From an uncultured Chloroflexia bacterium (lineage in GTDB: Bacteria > Chloroflexota > Limnocylindria > Limnocylindrales > CSP1-4), in assembly GCA_963833225.1 (NCBI GenBank), contig CAWHXD010000019.1, positions 374,075 to 438,074 on the forward strand: a stretch of DNA of 64,000 nt, given 5' to 3'. The stretch's first letter is position 1, and every line of letters begins with the position of its first letter. A program made the position numbers and the translations under genes. Below, in pieces: positions 19,337-29,007 of the stretch. Under the pieces are notes generated by a model. The model ran no database searches. It saw nothing but the letters and a program-made list of their open reading frames with translations, and was not told the origin of the DNA.

Positions 19337-19370
19337 CGAGCCTATGGTGCCACGCACCCTCTCCCGGGTC

Positions 19371-20312
19371 TCACGGGTGCAGCAGCAGCAGGCCGCCCGG
19401 GTAGAGGCGTGCGTCGAGCGACGAGGGGGCGACGACGTCCCCGTCCACCTGCGTGGGGCCCGGCGGTGACACGGTGACCCTGACGTGGGTGCCGAGGAGC
19501 CGGATTCCGGCTCCCGAGTGGGATTCGCCGGCCGCGTCGGCGAGCATGAGCTCCAGCGCGCCACGGATCCCGCCGAGGAGCCCCCCTCGGGGCAGGACGA
19601 ACACGTGCAGCAGCCCGTCATCGGGGCGGATCGGCAGCCTTGGTCCCAGCCGTCCGGGGATCGGCTCGCCGCAGTTGGCCACGAGGACGACGACCGACTC
19701 CAGCTCCTTGCGGACGCCGTCGACCTCCACGATCGTCGGCCGCGGGGCGAGATCACCCAGCAGCCGGCTTGCCGCCAGGAAGTACGCGGCCACCCCGTAC
19801 CGGCGCTTGGCGTCATGGGACGTGGCCGCGATGAGCCGGGCGTCGAGGCCCGTGCCACAGGCCACGATGAACGGGGAGTCGACCGCGTCCGCCCCGTCGC
19901 GGGGGCCACCCGACGGCCGCATCCGGACAGACCCCACGTCGAACGGCACGGGCGAGCCTGCGCGGATGACGTCGATCGCCGCGCCCAGGTCACGGGGCAG
20001 TCCGACCGCCGTCGCGTACAGGTTGCCGGTGCCGCAGGGGACGATGGCGACAGGGGTCCCGCTGCGGGTGAGCGGCCCCGAGGCGTCCCGGACGGTCCCG
20101 TCTCCGCCGGCCACCACGACGAGCCCGGCGCCGGCGTCCACGGCGGAGGTCGCTGCCGCCCGAACCATCGCGGACTCGCCGGCCTCGATCACCTCGATCC
20201 GCGTGGCCCCGCGGGCGCGCGCCGCGGCGGTCACGGCCCGAATGACGCGGCGGCGCTCCCGGTCGTCGCGGATGCGCGACGCGAGCGGGCTGACGATGAG
20301 CGTGGCGAGCAT
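19371..20312 (-). CDS. Diacylglycerol-kinase catalytic-domain (DAGK_cat / YegS-like) lipid kinase
   Basis: 313 aa with LVVVAGGDGTVRDA...VAIVPCGTGNLYA, the conserved DAGK_cat motifs. It starts 10 nt after the E2 stop. Confidence 0.75.
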   Translation of the reverse strand: MLATLIVSPLASRIRDDRERRRVIRAVTAAARARGATRIEVIEAGESAMVRAAATSAVDAGAGLVVVAGGDGTVRDASGPLTRSGTPVAIVPCGTGNLYATAVGLPRDLGAAIDVIRAGSPVPFDVGSVRMRPSGGPRDGADAVDSPFIVACGTGLDARLIAATSHDAKRRYGVAAYFLAASRLLGDLAPRPTIVEVDGVRKELESVVVLVANCGEPIPGRLGPRLPIRPDDGLLHVFVLPRGGLLGGIRGALELMLADAAGESHSGAGIRLLGTHVRVTVSPPGPTQVDGDVVAPSSLDARLYPGGLLLLHP

Positions 20313-20322
20313 CAGCCCGGGC

Positions 20323-21664
20323 TCAAGCGTTCGCGATCTCGTCCCGGAACGCGCGGATGTCCTCCAGGCGGCGCCGGAGCGCGTTGAGGAAGCGGGCGCC
20401 TGTCTCGCCGTCCACGATCCGGTGGTCTGCCGAGAGCGTCAGCTTCATCACCTGCCGGATCCCGATGCCGCCGTCGACGGCCATCGGGGTGGCGATCGCC
20501 GAGGACACGGCCAGAATCGCGGCCTCGCCGGGGTTGATGATCGCGCTGAACTCCTCGACGCCGAACATCCCGAGGTTGCTCACGGTGAACGTGGAGCCGG
20601 CCAGGTCGTCGACCGGGATGGAGCCGTCCCTCGCCGCCGCCGCCAGCGCCGCGACACGATCGTGGAGCGCCGCGATGGTGAGACGGTCCGCGTCACGGAC
20701 GACGGGCACCACGAGCCCCGACGGGACCGAGACCGCCACCCCGAGGTGGACGCGCCGACGGGGATAGACGACCTCGCCGTCGGTGCGCGAGTTGACGTCC
20801 GGGAACTCGGCCAGCGTCTGGGCGGTGGCCGCGAGCACGAAGTCGGTCACGGTGAGGGTGTGGCCCTCTGCCTTGAGCTCCGCGCGGAGCGCGAGCACGC
20901 GGGTGACGTCCACCGCCACCGTCACGGTGAAGTGCGGCGTCGTCTGCCAGCTGTTCGTGAGCCGGGCGGCGATGGTCCGGCGCATCCGGCTCATCGGACG
21001 CGGTGCGTCCTCGCCCTCGACCGGGGGGATGACCGGCTGGGCGACGGGCACCGTCGCGGGGGCTGGCGCTGTGGCTGCGGGTGCCGCCGCGGGCGTGGGT
21101 GCCCCGGCCACGGGGACCGGTCGCGCGGTGGCCGCGGCCCGGACGTCGCGCTCGACGATCCGGCCCTCGGGGCCCGAGCCGGTGACCGAGAGCGGGTCAA
21201 CGCCCAGCTGCGCGGCAAGACGGCTCGCGCGCGGGCTGATCTTCACGCGGCCGGGGGCCGCGGGCGCGGGCGAAGGTGCGGCCTCCGGTGCCGCGGCGGC
21301 CGCTTCCACCGGGGCCTCTTGTGCCTGCGGCGAGGCGGGCGTCGCGACCGCGCGCAGCACCGCGTCCGCGACGGGCGCGGTCACGCGGCGTGACCGGCTC
21401 GGCCGGCGTCTCGGGGACGGCCTCGCCTGGCTGGCCGATCCAGCCGCAGACCGCGTTGACCGGTGCCGTCTCACCATCGGCGACGACCCGGGCGAGGAGC
21501 ACGCCCTCCTCGAATGTCTCGACCTCCATCGAGCTCTTGTCGGTCTCGATCTCGAACAGGACGTCGCCCTTGTGGACGGGGTCGCCCACCTCCTTGCGCC
21601 AGAGGGTGAGCACGCACTCCTCGGTCATCTGGCCGGGCTTGGGCATCAGGATCGGGGTGGCCAT
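20323..21664 (-). CDS. Dihydrolipoamide acyltransferase E2 (lipoyl domain + catalytic domain), with an apparent frameshift in the linker near 21400
   Basis: The lipoyl domain MATPILMPKPGQMTEECVLTL...EIETDKSSMEVE is the C-terminal part of ORF 21197..22372, with its ATG at 21664 preceded by AAGGAG. The catalytic domain with SADHRIVDGETGARFLNALRRRLEDIRAF is in ORF 20323..21477, a different frame. The switch lies next to the palindrome GTCACGCGGCGTGAC (21380..21394). Confidence 0.7.
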
Positions 21665-21696
21665 CGGTGGCTCCTTGCTCGCTCGGCGTCCGGCCG

Positions 21697-24000
21697 TCAG
21701 ACCAGCGCCACGACGGCGGTGACGATGTCGCCCGAGTTGGGCAGGAACGCCTTCTCGAGGCGTTCCGCCTGGGGGCTGATCCCCGGTGCGGCGCCGATCC
21801 GGCCCACCGGGGCGTCGAGATCGTCGAACGCCTCGGCCTGGATGCGGGCCACGATCTCGTTCACGAACGAGCCGGTGAGCACCGCCTGTGCGGCGACCAC
21901 GCAGCGTCCGGTCTTGCGCACGGACGCGAGGATCGTGTCCATGTCCAGCGGGACGAGGCTGCGGACGTCGATCACCTCGGCCTGGATCCCGCGCGATACC
22001 GCGAGCACGTCGGCAGCGGCCAGGGCGTCCGGGACCGCCGGCCCCCAGGCCACGATCGTGGCATCGCCGCCCTGCCGGACGACGTTCGCCTTGCCGATCG
22101 GCGTGGTGTAGTCGCCCTCGGGCACCACGCCCTTGGTGGAATACAGGCCCTGGCTCTCCACGAACACCACCGGGTTGTTGGTCTGGATCGCGCTCCGCAG
22201 CAGGCCCTTGGCGTCCGCGGCCGTGGCCGGGTAGACGACCCACAAGCCGGGGATGTGGGTGAACAGCGACTCCAGGCTCTGGCTGTGCTGGCCGCCGTAG
22301 CCCTTGCCGGCCCCCACCGAGCACCGGATCACGATCGGCACCTCGACCTGGCCGCCGGACATGTAGTGCCACTTCGCGGCCTGGTTGGCGATCTGGTCGG
22401 ACGACATCAGCGCGAAGTCCATGTACATCAGCTCGACCACCGGTCGCAGGCCCACGATGCCCGCCCCGACCGCGGTGCCGCAGATCGTCGCCTCGGAGAT
22501 CGGCGTGTTGAACACGCGGTCGCGCCCGAAGGTCTCGATCAGGCCCTTGGTCATCTTGAACGCTCCGCCATAGTCGGCCACGTCCTCGCCGTAGAAGATG
22601 ACCCGCCGGTCGCGGCGCATCTCCTCGACCAGCGCGTCGCGGATGGCATCGCGGTACAGGATCCGGCCCTCCGCATCGACCTTGCTCACCGGGGCGTCCG
22701 CGAGCAGCGCGGGCTTCGCATCTGCGGCCGGAACCTCCTCGGACGTGCCGTCGGTGTAGAGCAGGTCAAGCAGGCTGGACGGATCGGGGTCCGTGGCCGC
22801 CGCGGCGCGCTTCGCTGCCCGGGCGTTGCGCTCGGCCGCTCCCGCAAGCACAGCGGCCACCTCGTCGTCGGTGGCAAGCCCGGTTTCGACGAGTTGGCCC
22901 TTGAGCTGCTCGATCGGGTCGACGGCCTTCCACGCGGCCTCCTCGTCGCGCGTCCGGTACTCGTTGCGCGGGTCGGACAGCGAATGGCCGTAGTAGCGGT
23001 AGGTGGAGGCCTCGATGAGGACGGGCCCGTCTCCGGCGCGGCACAGCGCCGCGGCCCGCGTGACGGCGTCGCGGACGGCCAGCACGTCCATGCCGTTGAC
23101 CACCTCGGCGTGCATGTTGTCCGTCGCGAACCCGGCCGCGCGGCGCGCCAGGTGCTTGATGCCCATGACCTCGTCGTCGGTCCGGTGGGTCATGCCGTAG
23201 TGGTTGTTCTGGATGAAGAAGATGATCGGCAGCCCGTACGGCCGATCGCCCGCCAGGTGGTTCGTCCACTGGTGCTGGGCCGCCCAGTTGAGCAATTCCA
23301 GGACCACGCCGTTCGCGTACGCGCCGTCGCCGGCGAAGCAGCACACGACCCCGTCGGTCTGCTCGTAGCGGTGGGCCATCGCCGCGCCTGTCGCGATCGG
23401 CACCGAGCCACCGACGATCGCGTTGGCGCCCAGGTTGCCCGTGGAGAAGTCGCCGATGTGCATGCCGCCCCCGCGGCCGCGGGAGTAGCCCTCGTCCTTG
23501 CCGAACAGCTCGGCGATCACCTTGTAGACGTGCTCCTCGAGGGCCGCGTCCAGGAGCTCGTCGCGGGTGCCGTCCTCGCGGCCCATCCGCGCGCGCAGCT
23601 GCTCGAGCGTCATCTGGCGCAGCGCCGAGAAGCCCTTGGCGATCGCGTCGCCGTGCCCGCGGTGTGACGAGGTGACGTTGTCCGTGATCCGGAGCACGGA
23701 CGAGGCGCCCACCGCCGACGCCTCCTGCCCGATGGAGACGTGCGTGGGACCCCGGTAGTCGTAGCCGGGCAGGGGTTCGTAGCCGCCGCCGGAGCGGAGA
23801 CGGACGATCATCTCCTCCATCTCGCGGATCGCGAGCATGTCGTCCAGGATGCCCAGCGCCTTCGCCTTGTCCAGCGACCCAGCCTTCACCTCGGAGGCGA
23901 GATCGCCCGCGTACTGGAAGCCCGTGATGGACCCCAGCTCCTCCTCGAACGGCGCGAAGTCGGGGCGGGTGTCGCTGTGGTAGACGGTCTCGGTGCTCAT
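21697..24000 (-). CDS. Fused E1 alpha-beta thiamine-diphosphate-dependent 2-oxo-acid / acetoin dehydrogenase component
   Basis: The ATG at 24000 follows AGGAG at spacing 5. The N-terminal half carries a TPP-binding alpha subunit (GHGDAIAKG, GDGAYANG). The C-terminal half carries a transketolase-like beta subunit (NTPISEATICGTAVGAGIVGLRPVVELMYMDF). Confidence 0.85.
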   Translation of the reverse strand: MSTETVYHSDTRPDFAPFEEELGSITGFQYAGDLASEVKAGSLDKAKALGILDDMLAIREMEEMIVRLRSGGGYEPLPGYDYRGPTHVSIGQEASAVGASSVLRITDNVTSSHRGHGDAIAKGFSALRQMTLEQLRARMGREDGTRDELLDAALEEHVYKVIAELFGKDEGYSRGRGGGMHIGDFSTGNLGANAIVGGSVPIATGAAMAHRYEQTDGVVCCFAGDGAYANGVVLELLNWAAQHQWTNHLAGDRPYGLPIIFFIQNNHYGMTHRTDDEVMGIKHLARRAAGFATDNMHAEVVNGMDVLAVRDAVTRAAALCRAGDGPVLIEASTYRYYGHSLSDPRNEYRTRDEEAAWKAVDPIEQLKGQLVETGLATDDEVAAVLAGAAERNARAAKRAAAATDPDPSSLLDLLYTDGTSEEVPAADAKPALLADAPVSKVDAEGRILYRDAIRDALVEEMRRDRRVIFYGEDVADYGGAFKMTKGLIETFGRDRVFNTPISEATICGTAVGAGIVGLRPVVELMYMDFALMSSDQIANQAAKWHYMSGGQVEVPIVIRCSVGAGKGYGGQHSQSLESLFTHIPGLWVVYPATAADAKGLLRSAIQTNNPVVFVESQGLYSTKGVVPEGDYTTPIGKANVVRQGGDATIVAWGPAVPDALAAADVLAVSRGIQAEVIDVRSLVPLDMDTILASVRKTGRCVVAAQAVLTGSFVNEIVARIQAEAFDDLDAPVGRIGAAPGISPQAERLEKAFLPNSGDIVTAVVALV

Positions 24001-24028
24001 CGGGTCTCCTGGGTTTCGGCGGATCGGG

Positions 24029-25021
24029 TCAGGGTTGCGGGGTGGCGACCAGGAGGCGGGCCGCCTCCTCGTCGGTGACCAGGCGGTGGACGAGGCCGCT
24101 GCGGAGGGCGGCCCGGATGGCAGGCACCTTGTCGGCCCCGCCGGCGATGGCGATGACATCCGGCACCCGCCGGAACTGGTCCTCGCGGACGGCGATGCAC
24201 CGCTCCGGCAGGCCGGCGGCGCGGACCTCGCGGCCCTCCGCGTCGAGGACGATCGAAGCGATGTCGGCAACGCCACCCGCCTCGTCAACGGCACGCGCGT
24301 CGGTCTCGGTGAGCGCCGCGCGGATCGTGGATGCACCCGGGCCCCATGCGCCGATGCCGACGACCGCACGCGTCAGTCGATCGAACTGGCTCAGCGTCGC
24401 CGAGGCCATCGGGTCGCTCGCGAGGGCGTCCGCCATCTCGGCGCTGCCCACCAGGAGCGGCACGTGGAGCGGGAAGACCGGGCCTGTCGCGCGTTCGGCC
24501 AGACGGCGCACGAGCTCGAGCGAGTTCAGCTCAAGCTGCAGCGTGGGGACGCTGCCCACGAGCTGCACGACGGTGCAGGCGGGGAGCCGGGGGAGCTGCT
24601 CGACCAGGGCGTGCAGCGTCCTGCCCCACGAGATGCCGAGCACGTCGGCGGCCTCGAGGACATCGCCCAGGACGGCGGCGGCCGCCCGCCCGAGCCCCGC
24701 GAGGCGCATCGCCTCCGTCCCGGTCGAGGAGCGGACCACCACGGCCCCGCGGATCCGGTAGCGGTCCCGGAGCGCGTCGGCGAGCTCCAGATCCAGCTCC
24801 GGAAGCGGCGCGATGTCAATCCGGACGATGCCGTCCCGACGGGCCCGGTCCAGCATCCGGGCAACCCTGAAGCGCGACACGCCCAGCTCGGCGGCGATCT
24901 CGCTCTTGCTGGCGCCGTCGAGGTAGTAGCGGCGGCAGGCCAGCACCGTGCTCAGGAGGTGCAGCCGGGATGCGGACGCGTCGCGATCGAGGACCACGCG
25001 AGTAGCGTATGACCTGATCAT
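24029..25021 (-). CDS. SorC/DeoR-family transcriptional regulator (HTH + sugar-phosphate-binding CggR-like domain)
   Basis: 330 aa with an N-terminal HTH (KSEIAAELGVSRFRVARML) and a SorC C-terminal domain. It ends 29 nt before the E1 start. Confidence 0.8.
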   Translation of the reverse strand: MIRSYATRVVLDRDASASRLHLLSTVLACRRYYLDGASKSEIAAELGVSRFRVARMLDRARRDGIVRIDIAPLPELDLELADALRDRYRIRGAVVVRSSTGTEAMRLAGLGRAAAAVLGDVLEAADVLGISWGRTLHALVEQLPRLPACTVVQLVGSVPTLQLELNSLELVRRLAERATGPVFPLHVPLLVGSAEMADALASDPMASATLSQFDRLTRAVVGIGAWGPGASTIRAALTETDARAVDEAGGVADIASIVLDAEGREVRAAGLPERCIAVREDQFRRVPDVIAIAGGADKVPAIRAALRSGLVHRLVTDEEAARLLVATPQP

Positions 25022-25052
25022 TCGAGCGTCAACCGCTCAAATGATCAGGTCA
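25010..25052. promoter_or_regulatory. 43-bp near-perfect inverted repeat (19-bp arms, 5-nt loop) covering the SorC regulator start codon
   Basis: TGACCTGATCATTCGAGCG-tcaac-CGCTCAAATGATCAGGTCA, with an 18/19 match between the arms. The start codon of the regulator (ATGATCAGGTCA) is the left arm on the minus strand. Confidence 0.5.
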
Positions 25053-25443
25053 GGCAAGGAGCTGGCCGCCGATCAGCCGGCGGCAAGCGACTGGCCGCCC
25101 CCCCAAGCCTGCGGGCGGTTGAACGGTGCGGTCCCGGCACCGGTCGGCCGTCCGGCGCCCGGATCAGGCCCTGGCCCGTCGCCGCACCGCACAGATGGAC
25201 CGCCCGGCGGCAGGAGGCGAACGTGGCTGCACCGTAGGACCGCTGAGCTGCAGATGCGCGACGGTCATCCGATCCTGTCAGCACCGGATGGCATGGGGAC
25301 ACCCAGCGGCGCAGTCGTCGCAGGGTGCGACCGTCGGGTCACGGAGCGGCCGGGCACATCGTCGGCCACTCCCATCCGCGCGGCCGGACTCCAATCGCCG
25401 TGCCGTCGTTGGCCCCGCCACCTCGAGGCGGCAGGGCATCGGG

Positions 25444-26268
25444 TCAGACCAGGTCGGTTTCGATCCCGAAGGCGTCCTTGACCGAGCGGAGCTCATCGTC
25501 GGTCAGGCGCTGGCCGCGACCGCCGGCGACGAGGTCCAGGTACTCGTAGCGGGCCCCGGCCTCCGCGTACTCGATCCGGTCGACCGCGCGGGTGACGCTG
25601 ATGTCGCTGCGGGCCATGACCCCGTGCTTGGACCAGACGTCGATGCGGTGCGTCCTCAGGCTTCCCACGTTGGCGGCCATCATTGCGTCCGACCCGGGGA
25701 GCATGAACGGCAGGATGCCGATGCCCCGCGGGAGCTGGACGATGGTCTCCGGCTCCCAGCGCATGACCCTGGCGTTGAAGTAGGCCTCGTCGCTGTATTC
25801 GGGGATGTGCGACAGGTAGGTCAGGTGCGGCGGCTGGGCGTGGACGACCGCATGGAAGTTCGTGCCGGTGCGTGCGACGGTGTCGTCGTGGACGGCGAGG
25901 TGCGAGTTCCACTCCGAGGTGAGCTTCTCGAACAGCCGCCCCGGGGAAGTCCACAGCGTCGCTGTCACGCCGTCGGCTTCGATGACGACCGCTCCCACGC
26001 TGTTGACCGGCGTGACCGCCAGGTCCCGGAGGCGCCGGCCGGATCCCGTGACGATGACGGTGTGGCCGGCCAGGCGCGCGGCCGGGAGCGGCAGTGCGAT
26101 GGACTCGCGGTTCGGGAAGCGCCGCCGGACCTCGATCGGCCAGCCGATGCAGATCGAGATGTTGCCGGCGGCCCCTTCGCCCGCGTCGATCGCGGCCACG
26201 CGGCGGCCGCCCTCGCCCATCGAGGCCAGGAGCTCGTCGAGCTCGGGGAACGGCTCGTTCAGCGCCAT
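25444..26268 (-). CDS. rhaD: Rhamnulose-1-phosphate aldolase (class II aldolase/adducin family)
   Basis: The internal ATG at 26268 follows GGGAGGA. The 274-aa product has VTGSGRRLRDL and GIGILPFMLPGSD...WSKHGV, paralleling E. coli RhaD's VTGSGKFFRNV and GVGILPWMVPGTD...WPFHGV. Confidence 0.8.
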   Translation of the reverse strand: MALNEPFPELDELLASMGEGGRRVAAIDAGEGAAGNISICIGWPIEVRRRFPNRESIALPLPAARLAGHTVIVTGSGRRLRDLAVTPVNSVGAVVIEADGVTATLWTSPGRLFEKLTSEWNSHLAVHDDTVARTGTNFHAVVHAQPPHLTYLSHIPEYSDEAYFNARVMRWEPETIVQLPRGIGILPFMLPGSDAMMAANVGSLRTHRIDVWSKHGVMARSDISVTRAVDRIEYAEAGARYEYLDLVAGGRGQRLTDDELRSVKDAFGIETDLV

Positions 26269-26278
26269 CGAGTCCTCC

Positions 26279-27496
26279 CTACCAACTCGCGGCCGTGCCG
26301 CCCACCCGCGCCGCGTACTTCGCCTCCTCCTCACCCGACGCGAGGTAGGCGCGGTAGGGGTCGGGCGCGAGCCCGCGCGCGACCCGCAGCTCGGCGAGGA
26401 GCGGCCGGACGTCGGTGTTGAACGCATCCCACAGGCAGCCGTTCGCCTCCAGCACGTCGCCCGCCGCCTGCGCCGCCACCAGCCGCTCGCGGTCCACCAG
26501 CAGCACCTTGGCGATCGTCTCCTGGAGGTTCATGACGCTCCGGATCATGGCCGGCACCTTGGGCTCGATGTTGTGGCACTGGTCGAGCATGTAGGTGGTC
26601 TGGTTGGCGGTCTCCTGAGCGATCGGATCGGCGTCGTCGCGCATCGCGTTGACCAGCTCGTGGGCGATCCGGAAGAGCTGGTATGGGTCGATGGAGCCGA
26701 CCATGAGATCGTCGTCGCCGTACTTCTTGTCGTTGAGGTCGAAGGCGGCCAGCTTCCCCTCGGCGAGGAGCAGGGCCACGATCTGCTCGATGTTGACGCC
26801 CATCGCGTGGTGTCCGGTGTCGACGCACACGCCGGCGCGATCGCCCAGCTGGCGCACGACGTTGAGGCTCTGTCCCCAGTCCTGGACGTCGGTGCTGTAC
26901 AGCGCGGGCTCGTAGAGCTTGTACTCGAGGTACAGGCGGGCGTTCGCGGGCAGCGCGGCGTAGACCTCCCGCAGCCCGGCGACCAGCCGTCGGTGCCGTC
27001 CGCGCAGGTCGTCCTGGCCCGGGTAGTTGGTGCCGTCGCCCAGCCAGACCTTGACCGCCTGGGCATCGGTCGCGGCGGCGATCTCGCAGCAGCCCACGAT
27101 GGCCGCGACGGCCTTGGCGCGGACACGGGCGTCGGGATGACAGATCGACCCGAGCTTGTAGTCCTCGTCTTGGAAGGTGTTGCTGTTGATGCCGCCGAGG
27201 ACGAGCCCGCGCCCCTTCGTGTAGGCCGCGAGCCCCGCCCAGTCATCGACCATGTCCCAGGGGATGTGGAGGCTCACGCTGCCCGCGATCCCCGTGTAGC
27301 GGTTGACGGTCGCCGCGTCGTCGATCTTCTCGAACACCGTGCGCGGCACCCCCTGCTGGGGGAACACGCGGAACCGGGTCCCGGTATTGACGAAGCCCCA
27401 CGACGGAATCTCGATGTTGACGCCGTTCATGGCCCAGTCGATGCGCTCGATGGCCGGGGCGGACGCGGGCTTGGCGATGGCGGCGATGGTGGCCAT
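26279..27496 (-). CDS. rhaI: L-rhamnose isomerase (xylose-isomerase-like TIM-barrel, actinobacterial/Pseudomonas-stutzeri type)
   Basis: 405 aa. It sits in a rha operon between the kinase and aldolase genes, and the sugar-phosphate-isomerase TIM-barrel motifs are present. Confidence 0.8.
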   Translation of the reverse strand: MATIAAIAKPASAPAIERIDWAMNGVNIEIPSWGFVNTGTRFRVFPQQGVPRTVFEKIDDAATVNRYTGIAGSVSLHIPWDMVDDWAGLAAYTKGRGLVLGGINSNTFQDEDYKLGSICHPDARVRAKAVAAIVGCCEIAAATDAQAVKVWLGDGTNYPGQDDLRGRHRRLVAGLREVYAALPANARLYLEYKLYEPALYSTDVQDWGQSLNVVRQLGDRAGVCVDTGHHAMGVNIEQIVALLLAEGKLAAFDLNDKKYGDDDLMVGSIDPYQLFRIAHELVNAMRDDADPIAQETANQTTYMLDQCHNIEPKVPAMIRSVMNLQETIAKVLLVDRERLVAAQAAGDVLEANGCLWDAFNTDVRPLLAELRVARGLAPDPYRAYLASGEEEAKYAARVGGTAASW

Positions 27497-27513
27497 GGCG
27501 GTCTCCTTGGGGC

Positions 27514-29007
27514 TCAGGCGGAGGTGGCGGGCCGGCGGGCGCAGATCGCGGCGAACCGCGCGCGCGCCTCGGTCCAGTCACCGGACGGTTCATAGGTGGT
27601 GATCGGGAAGGAGCGGGCCGCCAGCTCGCGTGCCTCGGCGACCGAGGCGAGCTCGCCCGACGCGATGGCCTGGACGGCGAGGTTGCCAATGGCCGTTGCC
27701 TCGACGGGGCCGGCTCGCACCGGGAGCCCGGTGGCGCCGGCGGTCAGGCGGTTGAGGAGGCGGTTCCTGCAGCCACCGCCCACGATGTGCACGGCATCGA
27801 TCGGCTGGTCTGACGCGGCGGCAAGCTGGTCGATCGCCGCGGCATAGCGCAGCGCCAGGCTCTCCAGCAGGACGCGCATCAGCGTGCCGGTGTCGCGCGG
27901 CACGGGCTGATCGGTCTCGGCGCAGAACTCGCGGACGCGAGCCGGGAGGTCGCCCGGGCGCAGGAAGCGCTCGTCGTCGGGATCGATGAACGCGGTGAAC
28001 GCCGGCGCGGCCTCGGCGAGGCCGGCCAGCTTCTCGTAGGTCGGTGCCTCGCGATCCGGCCACAGGGCGCGCCGGCTCTCCTGGACCAGCCACAGGCCAA
28101 CCACGTTGCGCAGCAGCCGGATCGTGCCGACCACGCCACCCTCGTTGGTCAGGTTCGCGGCGAGGGACACGTCGGAGATCACCGGCTCCGGCATCTCCAA
28201 CCCGATCAGCGACCAGGTGCCCGAGGAGAGGAAGGCGGTGGATCGGGATCCGATCGGGGTGCCGACAACGGCCGAGGCCGTGTCGTGCGAACCGGGGAGC
28301 ACCACCCGCGTGAGGGCGAGCCCGGACGCGCTCGCGAGCCCGTCCATCAGGCCGCCCACGTCCGTGCCGGGCGGAACGATCTCCGGCAACAGCCGGGTCG
28401 GGATGCCAAGGCGCTCCAGCATGGGTCGAGCCCAGTCGCGGGCCCGGGCGTCGAGCGCCTGGCTGGTGGATGCGAGCGTGTACTCGGACACGCTGGCGCC
28501 CGACAGGAAGTGGGCGAACAGGTCGGCCATCATCAGCAGCCGGTCCGCGTGCCGCAGGAGCGGGTCGTCCGCGCTCGCCATGGACAGCAGCTGGTACACG
28601 GTGTTGATGGCCATGAACTGGATGCCCGTGACGGCGTAGATCTCGTCCCGCGGGACCAGCCCGAACGCCCGCTCAAGCATGCCGTCGGTCCGTGCGTCAC
28701 GGTAGTGGACGGGGTTCGCGAGCAGTCGCCCCCGCTCGTCGAGGAGCGCGAAGTCCACGCCCCAGGTGTCGACGGCGACGGAGGCCACATCGCCTGCCGC
28801 GCCGGCCTTGCGCAGGCCGGTCCCGATGTCGCCGAACAGGCGCAGGGCGTCCCAGTGGAGCGTCCCCGCCACGGCCACGGGCACGTTCGGGAACCGGTGG
28901 ATGTCCTCGATCGCAAGCCGCTCGCCGTCGAAGGTGCCGACGAGGACTCGACCGCTTTCGGCACCCAGGTCGACGGCCGCGAGCCGGACGTTGGCGCGCT
29001 CAGTCAA
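27514..29007 (-). CDS. rhaB: Rhamnulokinase (FGGY carbohydrate kinase family)
   Basis: 497 aa with the FGGY N-terminus (AVDLGAESGRV...DTWGVDFALLD) and the C-terminal GGG...N motif. Confidence 0.85.
   Translation of the reverse strand: MTERANVRLAAVDLGAESGRVLVGTFDGERLAIEDIHRFPNVPVAVAGTLHWDALRLFGDIGTGLRKAGAAGDVASVAVDTWGVDFALLDERGRLLANPVHYRDARTDGMLERAFGLVPRDEIYAVTGIQFMAINTVYQLLSMASADDPLLRHADRLLMMADLFAHFLSGASVSEYTLASTSQALDARARDWARPMLERLGIPTRLLPEIVPPGTDVGGLMDGLASASGLALTRVVLPGSHDTASAVVGTPIGSRSTAFLSSGTWSLIGLEMPEPVISDVSLAANLTNEGGVVGTIRLLRNVVGLWLVQESRRALWPDREAPTYEKLAGLAEAAPAFTAFIDPDDERFLRPGDLPARVREFCAETDQPVPRDTGTLMRVLLESLALRYAAAIDQLAAASDQPIDAVHIVGGGCRNRLLNRLTAGATGLPVRAGPVEATAIGNLAVQAIASGELASVAEARELAARSFPITTYEPSGDWTEARARFAAICARRPATSA

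Noticed and set aside
18296-19993. 565-aa ORF
   Set aside because: Only the central roughly 145 aa (19336 to about 18900) look like a real membrane protein. The flanks are junk and overlap neighbouring genes.
19453-23667. Plus-strand ORFs 19453..21393 and 21667..23667 antisense to the lipid kinase, E2 and E1 genes
   Set aside because: Out-of-frame artefacts opposite genes with strong family signatures.
25126-26421. 431-aa plus-strand ORF over rhaD
   Set aside because: Antisense artefact. RhaD on the minus strand matches the E. coli enzyme motif for motif.
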